Positions 47,413 through 57,863 are shown, numbered from the stretch's first letter. The stretch: DNA of 64,000 nt from Janibacter sp. (GCA_030453295.1 JAKDKQ010000001.1:4355-68354); one strand, 5' to 3'. The notes: a model not told the origin generated them from the sequence alone. A program made the numbers and translations.

Positions 47413-48893
47413 CTCGGCTCCTGCAGTTGCTGCTCGTACGGGGCGACCGCGGTGTGCTGGTGGGCCTTCTCGCGGCTCAGGCCTCGTCGGCGGGCCTCCA
47501 CCAGCGCGGCGGTGGCGCGCGCCTCTGGGGTCACCGTCATGCCATGCTCGCTCGCCAATCGCTCTCGCAGTTGTTTCTGCTCCGCCAGGAGGGTGCGCCC
47601 TGCGGCGCCGTCGATGCATCGGTGCAGGCCCGCGATGATCGGTCGAGAGTTCTCGGCCACGAGTAGCGCGGTTCTCTCCTCGAGGCGACGGATCTCGGAG
47701 GCGGTGATCACTGGGATGTCCTCCGCGGAGTGGCTGCGTCCCCCCTTGCCTGTCTGCCAGGTTGACCGGCCCACGCGCACCGCGCCGAGGAGGTCTGACA
47801 TCTCCTGGTTGAAGGTCACGTCCTTGCCGCCGCCGAAGATCAGCAGGTTGTTGGTCAACTGGATCAGGGTGTCGGCTTCCTGCTTTCCGTAGATCGTGGT
47901 CAGTTGTGCCGGGGTCTGCGCTGCCCAGATGAAGGAGATGCCCAACGCGCGCTCGTTCGCCATGCGCGTGCGCAGGGTGGGTAGTGGTGCTGTCGAGGGG
48001 AGCTCGTCGAGGACGGCGAGCAGCGGGGGGCACAGCTTGCCCCACGGGGAACGGTGCGCGGCTTGCAGGGCGGTGTCGAGCATGTGCTCGGCGAAGGCCG
48101 TCATCAGTGGGGATGCTGAGGCATACGGGTCTTCTCGCCCGAGCAGGTAGACCGTCCCCCGGCGATGGATGAGTTCGGCGATGTTGGTTGCTGGCCGGTT
48201 GGGGCCGGGCACGCACCGACGGCGGATCGGCTCTTGGAAGAGAATCTCCATCGCCTGCTGCACCGTGGTCACCGTATTGCCGGCGGTGCGTTCGTCACCG
48301 TGCAGGGCCGCGTACACCAGGCCGTCCCAGAACGGTGCGGCGTGCGGGTGGTCTTGCAGGATCGCCGTGGCGTCCGTGGCCGCGCTGGGGTTGGCCACCC
48401 ACCGCAGTACGTCGTCGAGCGTGCCGCCGGCCAGGGCGGCCGCGTGGAAGAAGCCCTTGAGGACCTTGGCCGCCTCGGCGGCGTAGAACCGCGCGGCGCC
48501 CTCGTTGCCGGCGCTGTCCGAACCTTGGATCGTGCCTGCCGCGAAGGCCTTGGCGCGCCGTTCGGCGACCATCGGGTCAACGCAGCCAGCGATCGGATCC
48601 CACACCAGCTCCGGCAATCCCTCCGCCAGGCCGAACGGATCGAGTACCGCGCAGGGGCGGTCGCCGGAGGATCGGGCTGTCCAGCTCAGGAGCAGGTCGT
48701 CGGGCTTGGTCATGGTGACCATGGCGGCTCCGGGGGCCCCGAGGAGAGTCGGAACGAGGACGTCGAGCGTCTTCCCGCTTCCCTGCGGGCCGATGACTCC
48801 GGCTGCCCGGTCCCATGGCACCCACAGATCTGATCCGTGGGGGTGCTTGCTGGTGCCGAGATTCCACCCCACCTGCTCGGGCTCGATCTTCAT
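47409..48893 (-). CDS. Type IV coupling protein (VirD4/TraG-TraD-like)
   Basis: Walker A GPQGSGKT, WDPIAGC, LAVLDELPS, QTPAQL...YG. Confidence 0.88.
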   Translation of the reverse strand: MKIEPEQVGWNLGTSKHPHGSDLWVPWDRAAGVIGPQGSGKTLDVLVPTLLGAPGAAMVTMTKPDDLLLSWTARSSGDRPCAVLDPFGLAEGLPELVWDPIAGCVDPMVAERRAKAFAAGTIQGSDSAGNEGAARFYAAEAAKVLKGFFHAAALAGGTLDDVLRWVANPSAATDATAILQDHPHAAPFWDGLVYAALHGDERTAGNTVTTVQQAMEILFQEPIRRRCVPGPNRPATNIAELIHRRGTVYLLGREDPYASASPLMTAFAEHMLDTALQAAHRSPWGKLCPPLLAVLDELPSTAPLPTLRTRMANERALGISFIWAAQTPAQLTTIYGKQEADTLIQLTNNLLIFGGGKDVTFNQEMSDLLGAVRVGRSTWQTGKGGRSHSAEDIPVITASEIRRLEERTALLVAENSRPIIAGLHRCIDGAAGRTLLAEQKQLRERLASEHGMTVTPEARATAALVEARRRGLSREKAHQHTAVAPYEQQLQEPR

Positions 48894-49381
48894 CGCTTGT
48901 GTCCCTTCAGCAGTCTGCTCGGTGTGCGGATGACGGGCTTCTTCGTGTACAGGTCGGGCCGGATCACGTGCGCCTGCTTCTGCAGCCGGCGGCGGCCGAC
49001 GACCTTCTCGACCTCCTCGCGGGTGGCCACTCCGCGAATGGCGCCGGGGCCCCACTGCACCCATGCCGTTCGCCCCAGCCAGAGCAGGCCGGCGATGAAG
49101 AGCGCCTCGACGACAGTGATCCACAAGCGCAGTGCGCCGCTGCCAGCGACGCTCTCTGGCCGGGGCACCAGGCCGGCGCCGGCGTCACCGTTGAGCACGG
49201 CCGGCCAGCTGGTGACCAAGTTCTGGCTTGGTGGCACGGTCATGCCGGCCCCGGCCCAGAAGTTGGCCACTGCTCGCCCCAGGTGCACGCCCAGGAAAAG
49301 CAGGAGGACCACCCCCAGTACCGCGGCCAGTGGAATCTCCCAGGTGTAGGGATAGGGATTGGATCGTCGCGACTGCTGCAT
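48890..49381 (-). CDS. Two-TM conjugal transfer protein (likely membrane anchor for the coupling protein)
   Basis: NPYPYTWEIP, two TM segments, GVATREE; overlaps the T4CP start. Confidence 0.65.
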   Translation of the reverse strand: MQQSRRSNPYPYTWEIPLAAVLGVVLLLFLGVHLGRAVANFWAGAGMTVPPSQNLVTSWPAVLNGDAGAGLVPRPESVAGSGALRLWITVVEALFIAGLLWLGRTAWVQWGPGAIRGVATREEVEKVVGRRRLQKQAHVIRPDLYTKKPVIRTPSRLLKGHKR

Positions 49382-49428
49382 CTCGTGTTCCTTTCAGGCA
49401 CCAAAGCCTTCCGGCGGCGCGCCGGCGG

Positions 49429-50997
49429 TCATTTCCCGTCTCGGCTGGGGCTGTCGCTGACGTTGCCGATCCGCCAGACCTCGAAGATCTGCTTGTCCTG
49501 CTTGCCGGCGTAGGAGAAGTGGCCCACGCCGGTTCGGCTCGACTGGGCCTCGATGGTGGTCTTGCTGGCGGGATCCCACACCATCGCCACGTGACCGATC
49601 CGGTCTGGGCCGAGGTAGGAGTTCCAGAAGAGCAGATCTCCGGGCTTCTCCTGCCCGGGCGGGACGCGGAAGCCGTTGCCGGCGGCCAACCAGTTGCGCT
49701 GAGCCTGCGCGGTGCGAGGCAGGCTGACATCGACCTGGGCCAGGGCTTGCTGGACCAAAGATGAGCAGTCCCACGCCTCGGGCCCGTTCGCGCCCATCAC
49801 GTAGTCGTCGCCGTCCTGTTTCGCCGCCCACGACAGGGCCTTCTTGGCGCGCTCGTTGGTCAACGGCGGCAGCTGGCGTCCGCTCTGCTTGCCGCCGGCA
49901 CTGACGCAGTCGGTGGTGGTGCCCAAGACGACGCCGCCGCCGTACTGCGCGGCGTAGTAGAGCACGTCGTTGCCGTACCACGTTGCCCGGTTGTAGGCGA
50001 AGAGTGCCTTCTTGACTCCCTCTCCCCCACCGCGGGTGGCTCCTTCGTGGACGAGGTAGCGCGCCGCTGAGTAGATGCTGTCGGCGGTGTTGTGGATGTC
50101 GGCCCTGCCGTCGCCGTCACCGTCGGTGCCCATCACTTCCCAGGTGCTGGGCATGAACTGCATGTGCCCCTGAGCGCCGGCCGAGGAGGTGGCGGTGTTC
50201 TTGCCATGGGCGGTTTCACTCATCCCGACCCCGGCGAGCAGGGTCCACGGAAGGCCGTACTTCTTCCCGGCCTGCATGTAGAGCTTCTTGATGTCGGCAG
50301 GAATGGGGATCGGCGGGTTGTGCAGCGAGTCCTTCCGGGGAGTGCCGGGCTTGGGCAGCGTGAACCCGACGCCGCCTTCCTCGATTCCTTCGGGGACCTT
50401 TTCAGGGGTGGTGGAGGATGCGGCGACAGCCTTGCCGTTGAGGGGTGCTCCGTGCTTCTGCATCCACGGGACTGGATCAACAGCACGCCCATTAATCCGG
50501 ATCTCCAAATGCAGGTGCTCACCGGTGCTCGCGCCCGTGGTCCCCTCCACACCGAGTTTCGTGCCTACCGCAACGTTTTGACCTTGAGTAACGGCGATGC
50601 TGGCCAGGTGGGCGTATCGGCTCACGGCTCCGCCGCTGTGTTGGACGTCGACGACGTTGCCGTAGCCACTCATCTGTCCGGCGAACTTGATCCTTCCGTC
50701 GCCAACGGCCACCACCGGGCCTGGTCCGGGGAGGGAAACCATGTCCTGCCCGGAGTGCATTCGCCACTCGTGGTCGATGGGATGGAACCTTCGGCCGAAT
50801 CCCCGGTCACTGACCGTGTACTTCTGCTGGAAGGGTGGCCGCCACTCACCGGTGGCGGGTATCGCTCCCAAGCAATCGACGGCGCGCAGTTGCTGACCGA
50901 CCGCTGGGGCGCTGATCGCTGTGATCATCAAGGCCGCGCCGAAGGGCACCGCGACCAGAATCAGCAGCGGCATCAGCACCATCGCGGCCTTGTTCAT
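49429..50997 (-). CDS. Secreted peptidoglycan hydrolase: M23 peptidase + lytic transglycosylase + NlpC/P60
   Basis: HSGQD...YAHL...HLHLE (M23); ETAHG, SSAGAQGHMQFMPSTW, AYN (SLT); WDCSSL, GDLLF, GHVAM (NlpC/P60). Confidence 0.9.
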   Translation of the reverse strand: MNKAAMVLMPLLILVAVPFGAALMITAISAPAVGQQLRAVDCLGAIPATGEWRPPFQQKYTVSDRGFGRRFHPIDHEWRMHSGQDMVSLPGPGPVVAVGDGRIKFAGQMSGYGNVVDVQHSGGAVSRYAHLASIAVTQGQNVAVGTKLGVEGTTGASTGEHLHLEIRINGRAVDPVPWMQKHGAPLNGKAVAASSTTPEKVPEGIEEGGVGFTLPKPGTPRKDSLHNPPIPIPADIKKLYMQAGKKYGLPWTLLAGVGMSETAHGKNTATSSAGAQGHMQFMPSTWEVMGTDGDGDGRADIHNTADSIYSAARYLVHEGATRGGGEGVKKALFAYNRATWYGNDVLYYAAQYGGGVVLGTTTDCVSAGGKQSGRQLPPLTNERAKKALSWAAKQDGDDYVMGANGPEAWDCSSLVQQALAQVDVSLPRTAQAQRNWLAAGNGFRVPPGQEKPGDLLFWNSYLGPDRIGHVAMVWDPASKTTIEAQSSRTGVGHFSYAGKQDKQIFEVWRIGNVSDSPSRDGK

Positions 50998-50998
50998 C

Positions 50999-52507
50999 TC
51001 AGCCGGCCTTGAGGGCGTCGTTGGTGTAGGTCAGTCGCTTCTCGATGGGGTGGAGCACCGTGCCCACCTTGTACATCTGCTCCCCCACCGCCCACAGTGC
51101 CCGTCCCTTGCCTTGCATCCCCCAGCCGGTGATCAGGTCCCGTGCCATGGGGCCCAGCCCGAGCAGCTGCTCCAGTTCGTCAGCGACCGCGCGGTCCTGC
51201 CCGTGCAGGATCTTCACGTCGGCCAGGTGCAGCAGATCCTTCGCGATCGCCACCGCCTGGGAGCCGGCGTCTCCCGCTGACAGCAGGTCCGAGGGCTTGT
51301 GCGCGATGGCGAACTGGATGTCGCCGTCGGCTCGGGACAGTCGCAGGTCGGAGTCGAAGCTCTTGACGGCCTCGGGTCCCAGCCGCAGCTGTTTCCACGA
51401 CTCGTCGCGTACGACGATGCGCAGGTCCCCCGGCTCGGCGGTCTCGCGCATCCCGCGGCCCCAGGAGTTTAGGCAGGTCAGCGCGATGCCTACCGCTTCC
51501 TCTCCCAAGGGGTCCAGCCGCGAGAGGCTCAGCGACTGCATCGGGGCTTTCCAGTCGACGTCGATGGTGGTGTGGGCGTCGAACAGGCCGGCAAGGGTGC
51601 CGTTCACGAGTTGGCCGAGTGCGTCACGGAGCAGCCGGGTCTCGTCAAGGAATGACCGCTCGTTGGCGTATCGGCACTCGGTGATCAACGTTTCGGTTGG
51701 GTTGTCCAGCAGGTTCCACAGCTCGGGGATCGTCGTCTCTCGCATCATCGTGTTCCCGGCCGCGTACCCCGTCAGGTGTTGCAGTGCGCACTTGACGATC
51801 ACCTCCTCGGTGGGGCCGAATGGCACCCGGCTTTCGCCGATGCGCTGTGATCCGACGAGTCCCCGGACCAAGGTCAGCCACCGTGCGAAGACGATCGCCG
51901 CACGTGACTGTGCCTCCTCCGGGCCGAGCTGGTCCCATCCGAGCAGCAGTGGCCCGAAGGCGAGCGGGTTGATCCTGGCGGGCAGTCCCTTGCCGATGCG
52001 GAAGGGCTCGACGCCCAGAAAGCGCGCCAGCGGTTCGTATTCGTCCTTGACGTCGCCCAGCACCAGCACCCGGTACCCGAAGTCCATCATCCTCAGGCAG
52101 AAGGCCTTGGTCGTGGCGCTCTTGCCTCGGCCGGGTGTGCCGAAAGAGAAGATGTTGGGGTTGGTCACCGGCACGCCGTCGTCGAGGACCCATCCGATCG
52201 GGTCGGCGAAGAACGCTCCGCCGGAGAGGTGGTCGACACCCATGTGCGCGCCGGTGGGCGGCAGGCCGGGGGTGGAGATGAATGGCCAGTACACCGGGGC
52301 CTGGTCGCTTGTCATCCGCCATCGGGACACGGGCGCGGTCGCCGGCGTCCACCCGCGCCCAGCCCTACGCGCTCCTCGAGGAGGCGCGTACCGGAAGACC
52401 TTGGGGTCTTTGACCTTCTCCGGCGCTGGTGGGATCGCGGGCAGCTCGTGCCCGAAGTCGGCAAGGAGCCGAGTGACGTCCCGGCCGCGCGTCTTCTGAG
52501 TGGCCAT
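50999..52507 (-). CDS. VirB4-like conjugation ATPase
   Basis: TNPN...GTPGRGKS, GDVKDEY, INPL, VVRDESW. Confidence 0.85.
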   Translation of the reverse strand: MATQKTRGRDVTRLLADFGHELPAIPPAPEKVKDPKVFRYAPPRGARRAGRGWTPATAPVSRWRMTSDQAPVYWPFISTPGLPPTGAHMGVDHLSGGAFFADPIGWVLDDGVPVTNPNIFSFGTPGRGKSATTKAFCLRMMDFGYRVLVLGDVKDEYEPLARFLGVEPFRIGKGLPARINPLAFGPLLLGWDQLGPEEAQSRAAIVFARWLTLVRGLVGSQRIGESRVPFGPTEEVIVKCALQHLTGYAAGNTMMRETTIPELWNLLDNPTETLITECRYANERSFLDETRLLRDALGQLVNGTLAGLFDAHTTIDVDWKAPMQSLSLSRLDPLGEEAVGIALTCLNSWGRGMRETAEPGDLRIVVRDESWKQLRLGPEAVKSFDSDLRLSRADGDIQFAIAHKPSDLLSAGDAGSQAVAIAKDLLHLADVKILHGQDRAVADELEQLLGLGPMARDLITGWGMQGKGRALWAVGEQMYKVGTVLHPIEKRLTYTNDALKAG

Positions 52508-52509
52508 GG

Positions 52510-54015
52510 TCAGTCCGCCTTTCTGGTCAGGCTTACGCCCAGCGGGACGGTGGAGGCTGCGAAGGCGACGTCGTGGGCGACGTCGAGACGAAGGGGGGCA
52601 AATCCCGCCCGGCGGATCGAGGCGTCCAAGCGGCGGCCGTACTCCGCGATCGCAACGGTCTTGGGTGCGGTGACGGTGCACACCGCGTAGGGCAGGGTCA
52701 AGGAGTTGCCGCGCGCGAGCTTGACGTCAAGGCGACGAACCTTGTCGGCCGCGTCGCGTTCTTTCGTCTTCTGCTTGACCTTCATCTGGCTGCGGATCCC
52801 GTCTCCGACATCCGCGGCCCACTCACTGTTCGCGCTCTGCCGCTCACCCTTCGTCTGGCTCAGGATCGGGTAGGCGACCAAGAAGCTGCGCCGCTCGCCA
52901 GGCTCGCCCGGCGTCAGTACCGGGGCCAGCGCGCCCATTGCCGCGCCCTTGATGGGCAGGGTGACCGTCGAGGAGAGGGAGTTCCAGGCGTCATGGCTGT
53001 AGTGGCGCGCCACGGCGTCCGCCCCGGAGGGGCCAGCCATCGCCCACGGGACCTCGGCGTTGGTCTCCGTCCCGTCATTCTGCTCCGCCAGTGCGTCGAT
53101 GATGGCCGCTCGATCACCGGGCGCGAACCCGGTACGGCAGGCCAGGGCAAGGTCGGGACTGGTCTGCCAGGTCACGCTGGTCATCCCCATTCCGCCGCGC
53201 AGCTGGGACTCGACCTCGCCGGCCAGTCCGTGCATCACGCGCGCCCGCCCGTCGACGCCGCCACCGGACTCCTTGGCCTGTCGCCCCAACCGGGACTCTG
53301 GCACCACGAACGTGACGAAGCACTCGGTGCGCACGTTCGACGGACTCAGGGCTGTGTGGATGTCGTCGTTGATCTGACGGACCGCGACCGGGCCATCGGC
53401 GCGTCGATGACGGGTGATCCACTGCTGCCGTTCAGCGCCGTCGTCAGGAACGGAGCGCACGAGGATGAGGATCTCGTCGATCAGCTCGGTGCGGGCTGCC
53501 AGATCCAGTAGCTCGCTCAACCCGGCACCGTTGCGCAGTCGTTCGTCCTGCTCCATTAGGCCGATCCCTGGGTGGACGACCGCCGCGGTCACCGCCCACG
53601 TCTTGGCTCGGTGGTCCTGGATGATCGCCATGCGAGTGAAGGTGGCTCCGCTGGGGGGGCCGTCGTGAATCTGGATCCCCTGCAGCACTCCCGGCAGATC
53701 GGGCTCCTCCAGGGCCTTCACCGTGCCTTGGGTAGCCAAGGCACGCCAGCGCGTCCACCGGAACAGTCCTCCGAGGGAGAACCCCAACGTCGCGGCGATC
53801 CACCCCGTCGCCGACCGTCCCCGCACGGGAACGATGGTCAACACCGCGATGACCACCCACAGGGAGCAGAAAGTCGCTGCCGACAGCCACGCGCCTCGGC
53901 TGATATTCCATGCGATGGGCAGCAGGCTCAGCGCCAGGACAATGATCTGCCGCCCCGATAGTCCGTATACCAGGCCGATCCGAGCCTTCGTGTAGTCCGC
54001 GTAGATTCCGCTCAT
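52510..54015 (-). CDS. SCO6880-family (PrgI/VirB3-like) conjugation membrane protein
   Basis: GLVYGLSGRQ followed by TM helices, RSVPDDG; directly upstream of VirB4. Confidence 0.75.
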   Translation of the reverse strand: MSGIYADYTKARIGLVYGLSGRQIIVLALSLLPIAWNISRGAWLSAATFCSLWVVIAVLTIVPVRGRSATGWIAATLGFSLGGLFRWTRWRALATQGTVKALEEPDLPGVLQGIQIHDGPPSGATFTRMAIIQDHRAKTWAVTAAVVHPGIGLMEQDERLRNGAGLSELLDLAARTELIDEILILVRSVPDDGAERQQWITRHRRADGPVAVRQINDDIHTALSPSNVRTECFVTFVVPESRLGRQAKESGGGVDGRARVMHGLAGEVESQLRGGMGMTSVTWQTSPDLALACRTGFAPGDRAAIIDALAEQNDGTETNAEVPWAMAGPSGADAVARHYSHDAWNSLSSTVTLPIKGAAMGALAPVLTPGEPGERRSFLVAYPILSQTKGERQSANSEWAADVGDGIRSQMKVKQKTKERDAADKVRRLDVKLARGNSLTLPYAVCTVTAPKTVAIAEYGRRLDASIRRAGFAPLRLDVAHDVAFAASTVPLGVSLTRKAD

Positions 54016-54033
54016 CTCTCTTCTCCTTCGACA

Positions 54034-55677
54034 TCAGACGACGGGTGGGGGTGTCGCACCCGCACCTGCCGCGCCGGCTCCTGAGCCGCCACTTCCGCCC
54101 GCGCCTGCCGCGCCGGCTCCTGAGCCGCCTTGACCGCCGCCTCCGGGTGTCGGCATGTCCGGCATCCCTTCGGGACTGCCTTGGCCACCGCCGGGGGTGG
54201 GGGGCTGGGGCACGGCTGGCATCCCTGCTGGGCCGCCGCCACCTGGGGTGCTTTCCCCGGCCTCGGCGCCGCCTTGGCCACCGCCTCCGGGTGTCGGCAT
54301 GTCCGGCATCCCTTCGGGACTGCCTTGGCCACCGCCGGGGGTGGGGGGCTGCGGCGTGGGCGGCGTCCCTTCCGTGCCGCCCTGGCCGTCTCCGCCGTCT
54401 GGGCCGCCCTCTGCGGCATTGCTCTTATCGCCGCCGCCACCGTTCTTTCCCTTGCTGCGTTTGCTTCCGCTGAAGTCCGGGGTGTACTGGTTGTGCCCGA
54501 TGCCGGCCTGGTTGGTGACGTCGGAGCCGATCGTTGCTCCCTTGCTGCCGAGCGAGCTCATCGCATCCAAGCCCGCGGATGCGGCTTGGCCGGCCATGCC
54601 GCCGAGCTTGCCGATCCCTTGACTGGCTCGCTGCGTCGCGTCCGCCTCGCCGGAGGACTCGCCTTGGGACTTGCCGTGCTGGTCCGTGCTCGAGGCGGCC
54701 GAGGAGGTGCTGTCTCCGCTCTTGCCGCTCAGCAGCCCGCTGATTCCCCCGGCGGCGGACATCCCGGCGCGAAGTGCCGCGCCTGAGTTCGTGCCCGGGT
54801 CGACAAAGGCGAGGAGTTTGAACAGGGCCAGAGGCGCAAAGGCGCCAACGCAAATCAGGACGACGCCTGGCACGGCCGTCCCCACGGCCTTGTCGATGTC
54901 CTCGGTCATGCCGGTCGCCACTCCCGAGGTCAGTTCAACTCCGATGCCGAGCACCAGCGCCATCAGCACGGGGGTGAACGCCGCGGCGTGGAACCACCGG
55001 CAGGATTTCCAGAACCAGGACCCGCCGAAGTCGCTGGCCAGCCCGGCGGCCGCGATCGGTGTGGTGCCAGCCAGAACCATCAGCGCTGCAGCGCGAGCGA
55101 GCATGATGATCAAGTGGCCGATGGCGGCGAACACCATCAGGACGCCCATGAACCCCAAGACGGTGGCCACGGTTCCCTCGGTGATGTCCTCGGTGGACAG
55201 TTGGGTGCCCAGCGGGGAGAACTGCGCCCACCCGTCGATGTGCAGCAGGCTCTGGAGGATGGCCTTGGTCAGCCCCCCGCAGGCAGCGACGACCGCGACG
55301 CTGTAACTGATCCACGAGACCCAGATGATCAGGAATTGGCCGGTCCCGATGACGACCTTTCCCACCGACTCCCCGTCCCGGCGGAAGGCAGCGATGCCTA
55401 GTTGCGCCAGGGTCAGGATGACCATGAGCGTCACGGCGATCCAGAACGTGGTCTGATACAGCGCTTGCCCGGGTCCGTCCTCGCGCAGGTCGGGGGTGGT
55501 GAAGGTGTCGACGATGTTCAGCACGAGCTTCAGTAGCCACAGGCCGGCGTTCCAGATGCCCAGCATCGCTGCGGTCCAGCCGTCGGCGACGATCTTTCCC
55601 GCGGCGGATCCCAGGCCGCTCCACGGGTTCGCCCATTCCGGAAGGTCGGGCAGTGCGGGCGCAACGTAGGGGGGCAT
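54034..55677 (-). CDS. VirB6/TrbL-like polytopic conjugation protein with Gly/Pro-rich tail
   Basis: About 7 TM segments, LFKLLAFVDPGT, low-complexity C-terminus. Confidence 0.78.
   Translation of the reverse strand: MPPYVAPALPDLPEWANPWSGLGSAAGKIVADGWTAAMLGIWNAGLWLLKLVLNIVDTFTTPDLREDGPGQALYQTTFWIAVTLMVILTLAQLGIAAFRRDGESVGKVVIGTGQFLIIWVSWISYSVAVVAACGGLTKAILQSLLHIDGWAQFSPLGTQLSTEDITEGTVATVLGFMGVLMVFAAIGHLIIMLARAAALMVLAGTTPIAAAGLASDFGGSWFWKSCRWFHAAAFTPVLMALVLGIGVELTSGVATGMTEDIDKAVGTAVPGVVLICVGAFAPLALFKLLAFVDPGTNSGAALRAGMSAAGGISGLLSGKSGDSTSSAASSTDQHGKSQGESSGEADATQRASQGIGKLGGMAGQAASAGLDAMSSLGSKGATIGSDVTNQAGIGHNQYTPDFSGSKRSKGKNGGGGDKSNAAEGGPDGGDGQGGTEGTPPTPQPPTPGGGQGSPEGMPDMPTPGGGGQGGAEAGESTPGGGGPAGMPAVPQPPTPGGGQGSPEGMPDMPTPGGGGQGGSGAGAAGAGGSGGSGAGAAGAGATPPPVV
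54137..54351. repeat. 71-bp exact direct repeat within the VirB6-like tail
   Basis: Copies at 54137-54207 and 54281-54351, each encoding QPPTPGGGQGSPEGMPDMPTPGG. Confidence 0.85.
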
Positions 55678-55679
55678 GC

Positions 55680-56495
55680 TTAGTCCTTCTCCACCCAGGT
55701 GCGCCAGCCGGCGTCGGCGGCGAGGTCGGTCCCGGGCCAGGTGGAGGGTGCCTTGGTGGGGCTGTCGCCGGGCGCGATCATCCACCGACCGTTCGTCGAC
55801 CACTGCATCCGTTCGCAGTAGCCATAGGCCATTCGCGCTTGTGTCGTGATCACGGCACGAACGTCCATGAGCACGCACGCCACCACCCATCGCTTACCGT
55901 CGTGGCCTTTGATCTGGGCCGCGACCGGGGTCGTCGTCACGGTGACCGTGCTCTCTTTGCTCTGGCCCTGGCCGGCGCTTCCCAGGAACGCTTGGACGTT
56001 CCGGGTCAGGGGCCACGCAGCCGCGCCGACGCCGCCGGGCAGGGCCCAGTGCTTGTACACCTCGTTCGTGTAGGGGATCGACATGCCCTGCATGACGTTG
56101 GCCTCGATCGCGGCTAGTTGGCCTGCCGCGCCTTGGGGGGTCATGGGGAAGCCGGTGGGCACTCCCGCCGCTCCGGTCTTGGTTGCTGCCGGAATCTCGA
56201 TCGCCTTCGCTGGGACCGCGGACGGTGTCCCACGCTGGGCGGCCTCCGGCGGCACGTCGAGCATGGGCCGCGCGGCGATCTGATCCCGGTGTTGCTGGCC
56301 GGTCGCCCCCGGGGCGATCGTCGTCTCGCCCGCTGTCGCGTCTTGCGCTGAGCCGTCGGCCGTCACCGCGTAGTAGATGGCCAGCCCCAGGCCCGTGATC
56401 ATCACCAGGGCCACCACCAGCACGCCTGCGAGGGTCGCCAGCAGCCGCCGTCGGTCCCACGGTTCGACGTTTGTCGCAGCAGCCCTTGGGCTCAT
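55680..56495 (-). CDS. Single-TM conjugation-associated protein
   Basis: N-terminal TM; GVPTGFPMTPQGAAGQLAAI motif; located in the transfer operon. Confidence 0.7.
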   Translation of the reverse strand: MSPRAAATNVEPWDRRRLLATLAGVLVVALVMITGLGLAIYYAVTADGSAQDATAGETTIAPGATGQQHRDQIAARPMLDVPPEAAQRGTPSAVPAKAIEIPAATKTGAAGVPTGFPMTPQGAAGQLAAIEANVMQGMSIPYTNEVYKHWALPGGVGAAAWPLTRNVQAFLGSAGQGQSKESTVTVTTTPVAAQIKGHDGKRWVVACVLMDVRAVITTQARMAYGYCERMQWSTNGRWMIAPGDSPTKAPSTWPGTDLAADAGWRTWVEKD

Positions 56496-56797
56496 CAGAT
56501 GCAGCCCGATCCGGTCATGCTCTCCACGATCCCCGGGAGCACGAGGTAGAGGATGATCGCGATGAAGACGACGACAAGGCTGATGATCCCAGCTTTGCTG
56601 GCGTGCGACATGCCGAAGACCCGGCCGCCGACGACCGCGCCGATACCGATGACGACGCCGAGGAAGAACAGGATGCCGATTCCCCAGAGCACGTAGCCCA
56701 TGAGTTGGTCGGCGTGCGCCTGTGCCCCCGGCGGCGCGACGGGGCAGACCCTCATCGGGATCATCATCGAGAGCTCGGTCAGCAGTGCGTTCTTCAT
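56495..56797 (-). CDS. Pilin-like (VirB2/TrbC-like) small membrane protein
   Basis: 100 aa, two long hydrophobic helices, PVAPPG. Confidence 0.62.
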   Translation of the reverse strand: MKNALLTELSMMIPMRVCPVAPPGAQAHADQLMGYVLWGIGILFFLGVVIGIGAVVGGRVFGMSHASKAGIISLVVVFIAIILYLVLPGIVESMTGSGCI

Positions 56798-57618
56798 GCT
56801 TGGGTTCCCTTCTTCGTGGTTCCGGCCTCGATCAGCCGGAGCAGGTGGTCCGCCGCGCTCAGCAGTGCCGGCGGCAGGGGCGTGGTGTCCACGCCGTGGG
56901 TGGCGAGGGTCTTGTCGCTAGGCACCTCGACGAGGTTCTGCGCGTCATCCAGTCGGCTGGTCAGGCGGCCCATGGAGGTTTTGACCCCGTGGTCCCACTT
57001 CTTGGGGCGGGGGCCGATGACAGCTGCCACGACGCGTGTGCTCTCCAACAGGGACAGCACGCCCTCGAGTCGTCGCAGGCCGGGGATGGTTGCCGTGGTC
57101 ACGACCAGGACGCTCGGCGCGTGCAGCAACTGGTCACCGAGCCAGGATTGAGTGCCCAGGACTTGGCCGAGTTCCCACCCGACGTCCACGACGCTCAACG
57201 CGGTGTGGGCCTGCGGCTCCGGTGGTAAGGGGACGTCGTTGGGTCCCAGGAGGATGGTGGATGCGCGTTGCAGCGTGACCGAATCGCGCTGCCCGACGCT
57301 CCATCCGCCCTGTAGACCCATCTCCTCTGTAGCGGCCGCGGCCAGTCCGGAGGCCGTCGCGGAGCAGCACTCCAGGACCCTGGCGGATCCAGTCTGCTGC
57401 GCGACCGCCAAGGCGATCGTGGTCGCACCTGCTCCTCCGAGGCATCCGATGACCGGCAGGACGCTCTCGGCCGGATCCCAGGTCGTTTCGCTGGGTTCAG
57501 TCGGCGCCACCACTTCGTGCGCCTGCGTGGTGCTGAACTGCCCTGCCTGCACCGCCTGCCACGCCCGTTTCAGCTCCTCGACCGGAACGACAGGTCGGGC
57601 CGTCGCTGGGGCGCTCAC
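56794..57618 (-). CDS. Degenerate MinD/ParA/CpaE-like protein
   Basis: VIGCLGGAGATTIA (deviant Walker A lacking Lys), VVDVG. Confidence 0.6.
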   Translation of the reverse strand: MSAPATARPVVPVEELKRAWQAVQAGQFSTTQAHEVVAPTEPSETTWDPAESVLPVIGCLGGAGATTIALAVAQQTGSARVLECCSATASGLAAAATEEMGLQGGWSVGQRDSVTLQRASTILLGPNDVPLPPEPQAHTALSVVDVGWELGQVLGTQSWLGDQLLHAPSVLVVTTATIPGLRRLEGVLSLLESTRVVAAVIGPRPKKWDHGVKTSMGRLTSRLDDAQNLVEVPSDKTLATHGVDTTPLPPALLSAADHLLRLIEAGTTKKGTQA

Positions 57619-57863
57619 TGCTCCTCACCGCCCAGTTGGGTGCGGCGTGCGGCAAGGACACGCCGCAGGGTGGTGGAGTCCAGGCTCGCGAGCTGGCTCT
57701 GTGCAGCCCAGACCTCACGCAGTCGGGTCAGGCAGCCATCCAGCTCCAGCAGCGCGGGACGCTCACCGCCGGCCAGGTCCATCAGCCGTTCGATCTCTGC
57801 CACGTCGGTCACCGTCCTCATCGGGTCGGCACCTAAAGCCCGGGTGCCACGCTCGGCGGTCAT
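57615..57863 (-). CDS. Small hypothetical protein
   Basis: Coupled by overlaps to both neighbours. Confidence 0.5.
   Translation of the reverse strand: MTAERGTRALGADPMRTVTDVAEIERLMDLAGGERPALLELDGCLTRLREVWAAQSQLASLDSTTLRRVLAARRTQLGGEEQ

Noticed and set aside
54137-54351. Direct repeat as a CRISPR array or iteron
   Set aside because: Only two copies, in frame within a Gly/Pro-rich coding tail. No cas genes or arrays were seen in the window.
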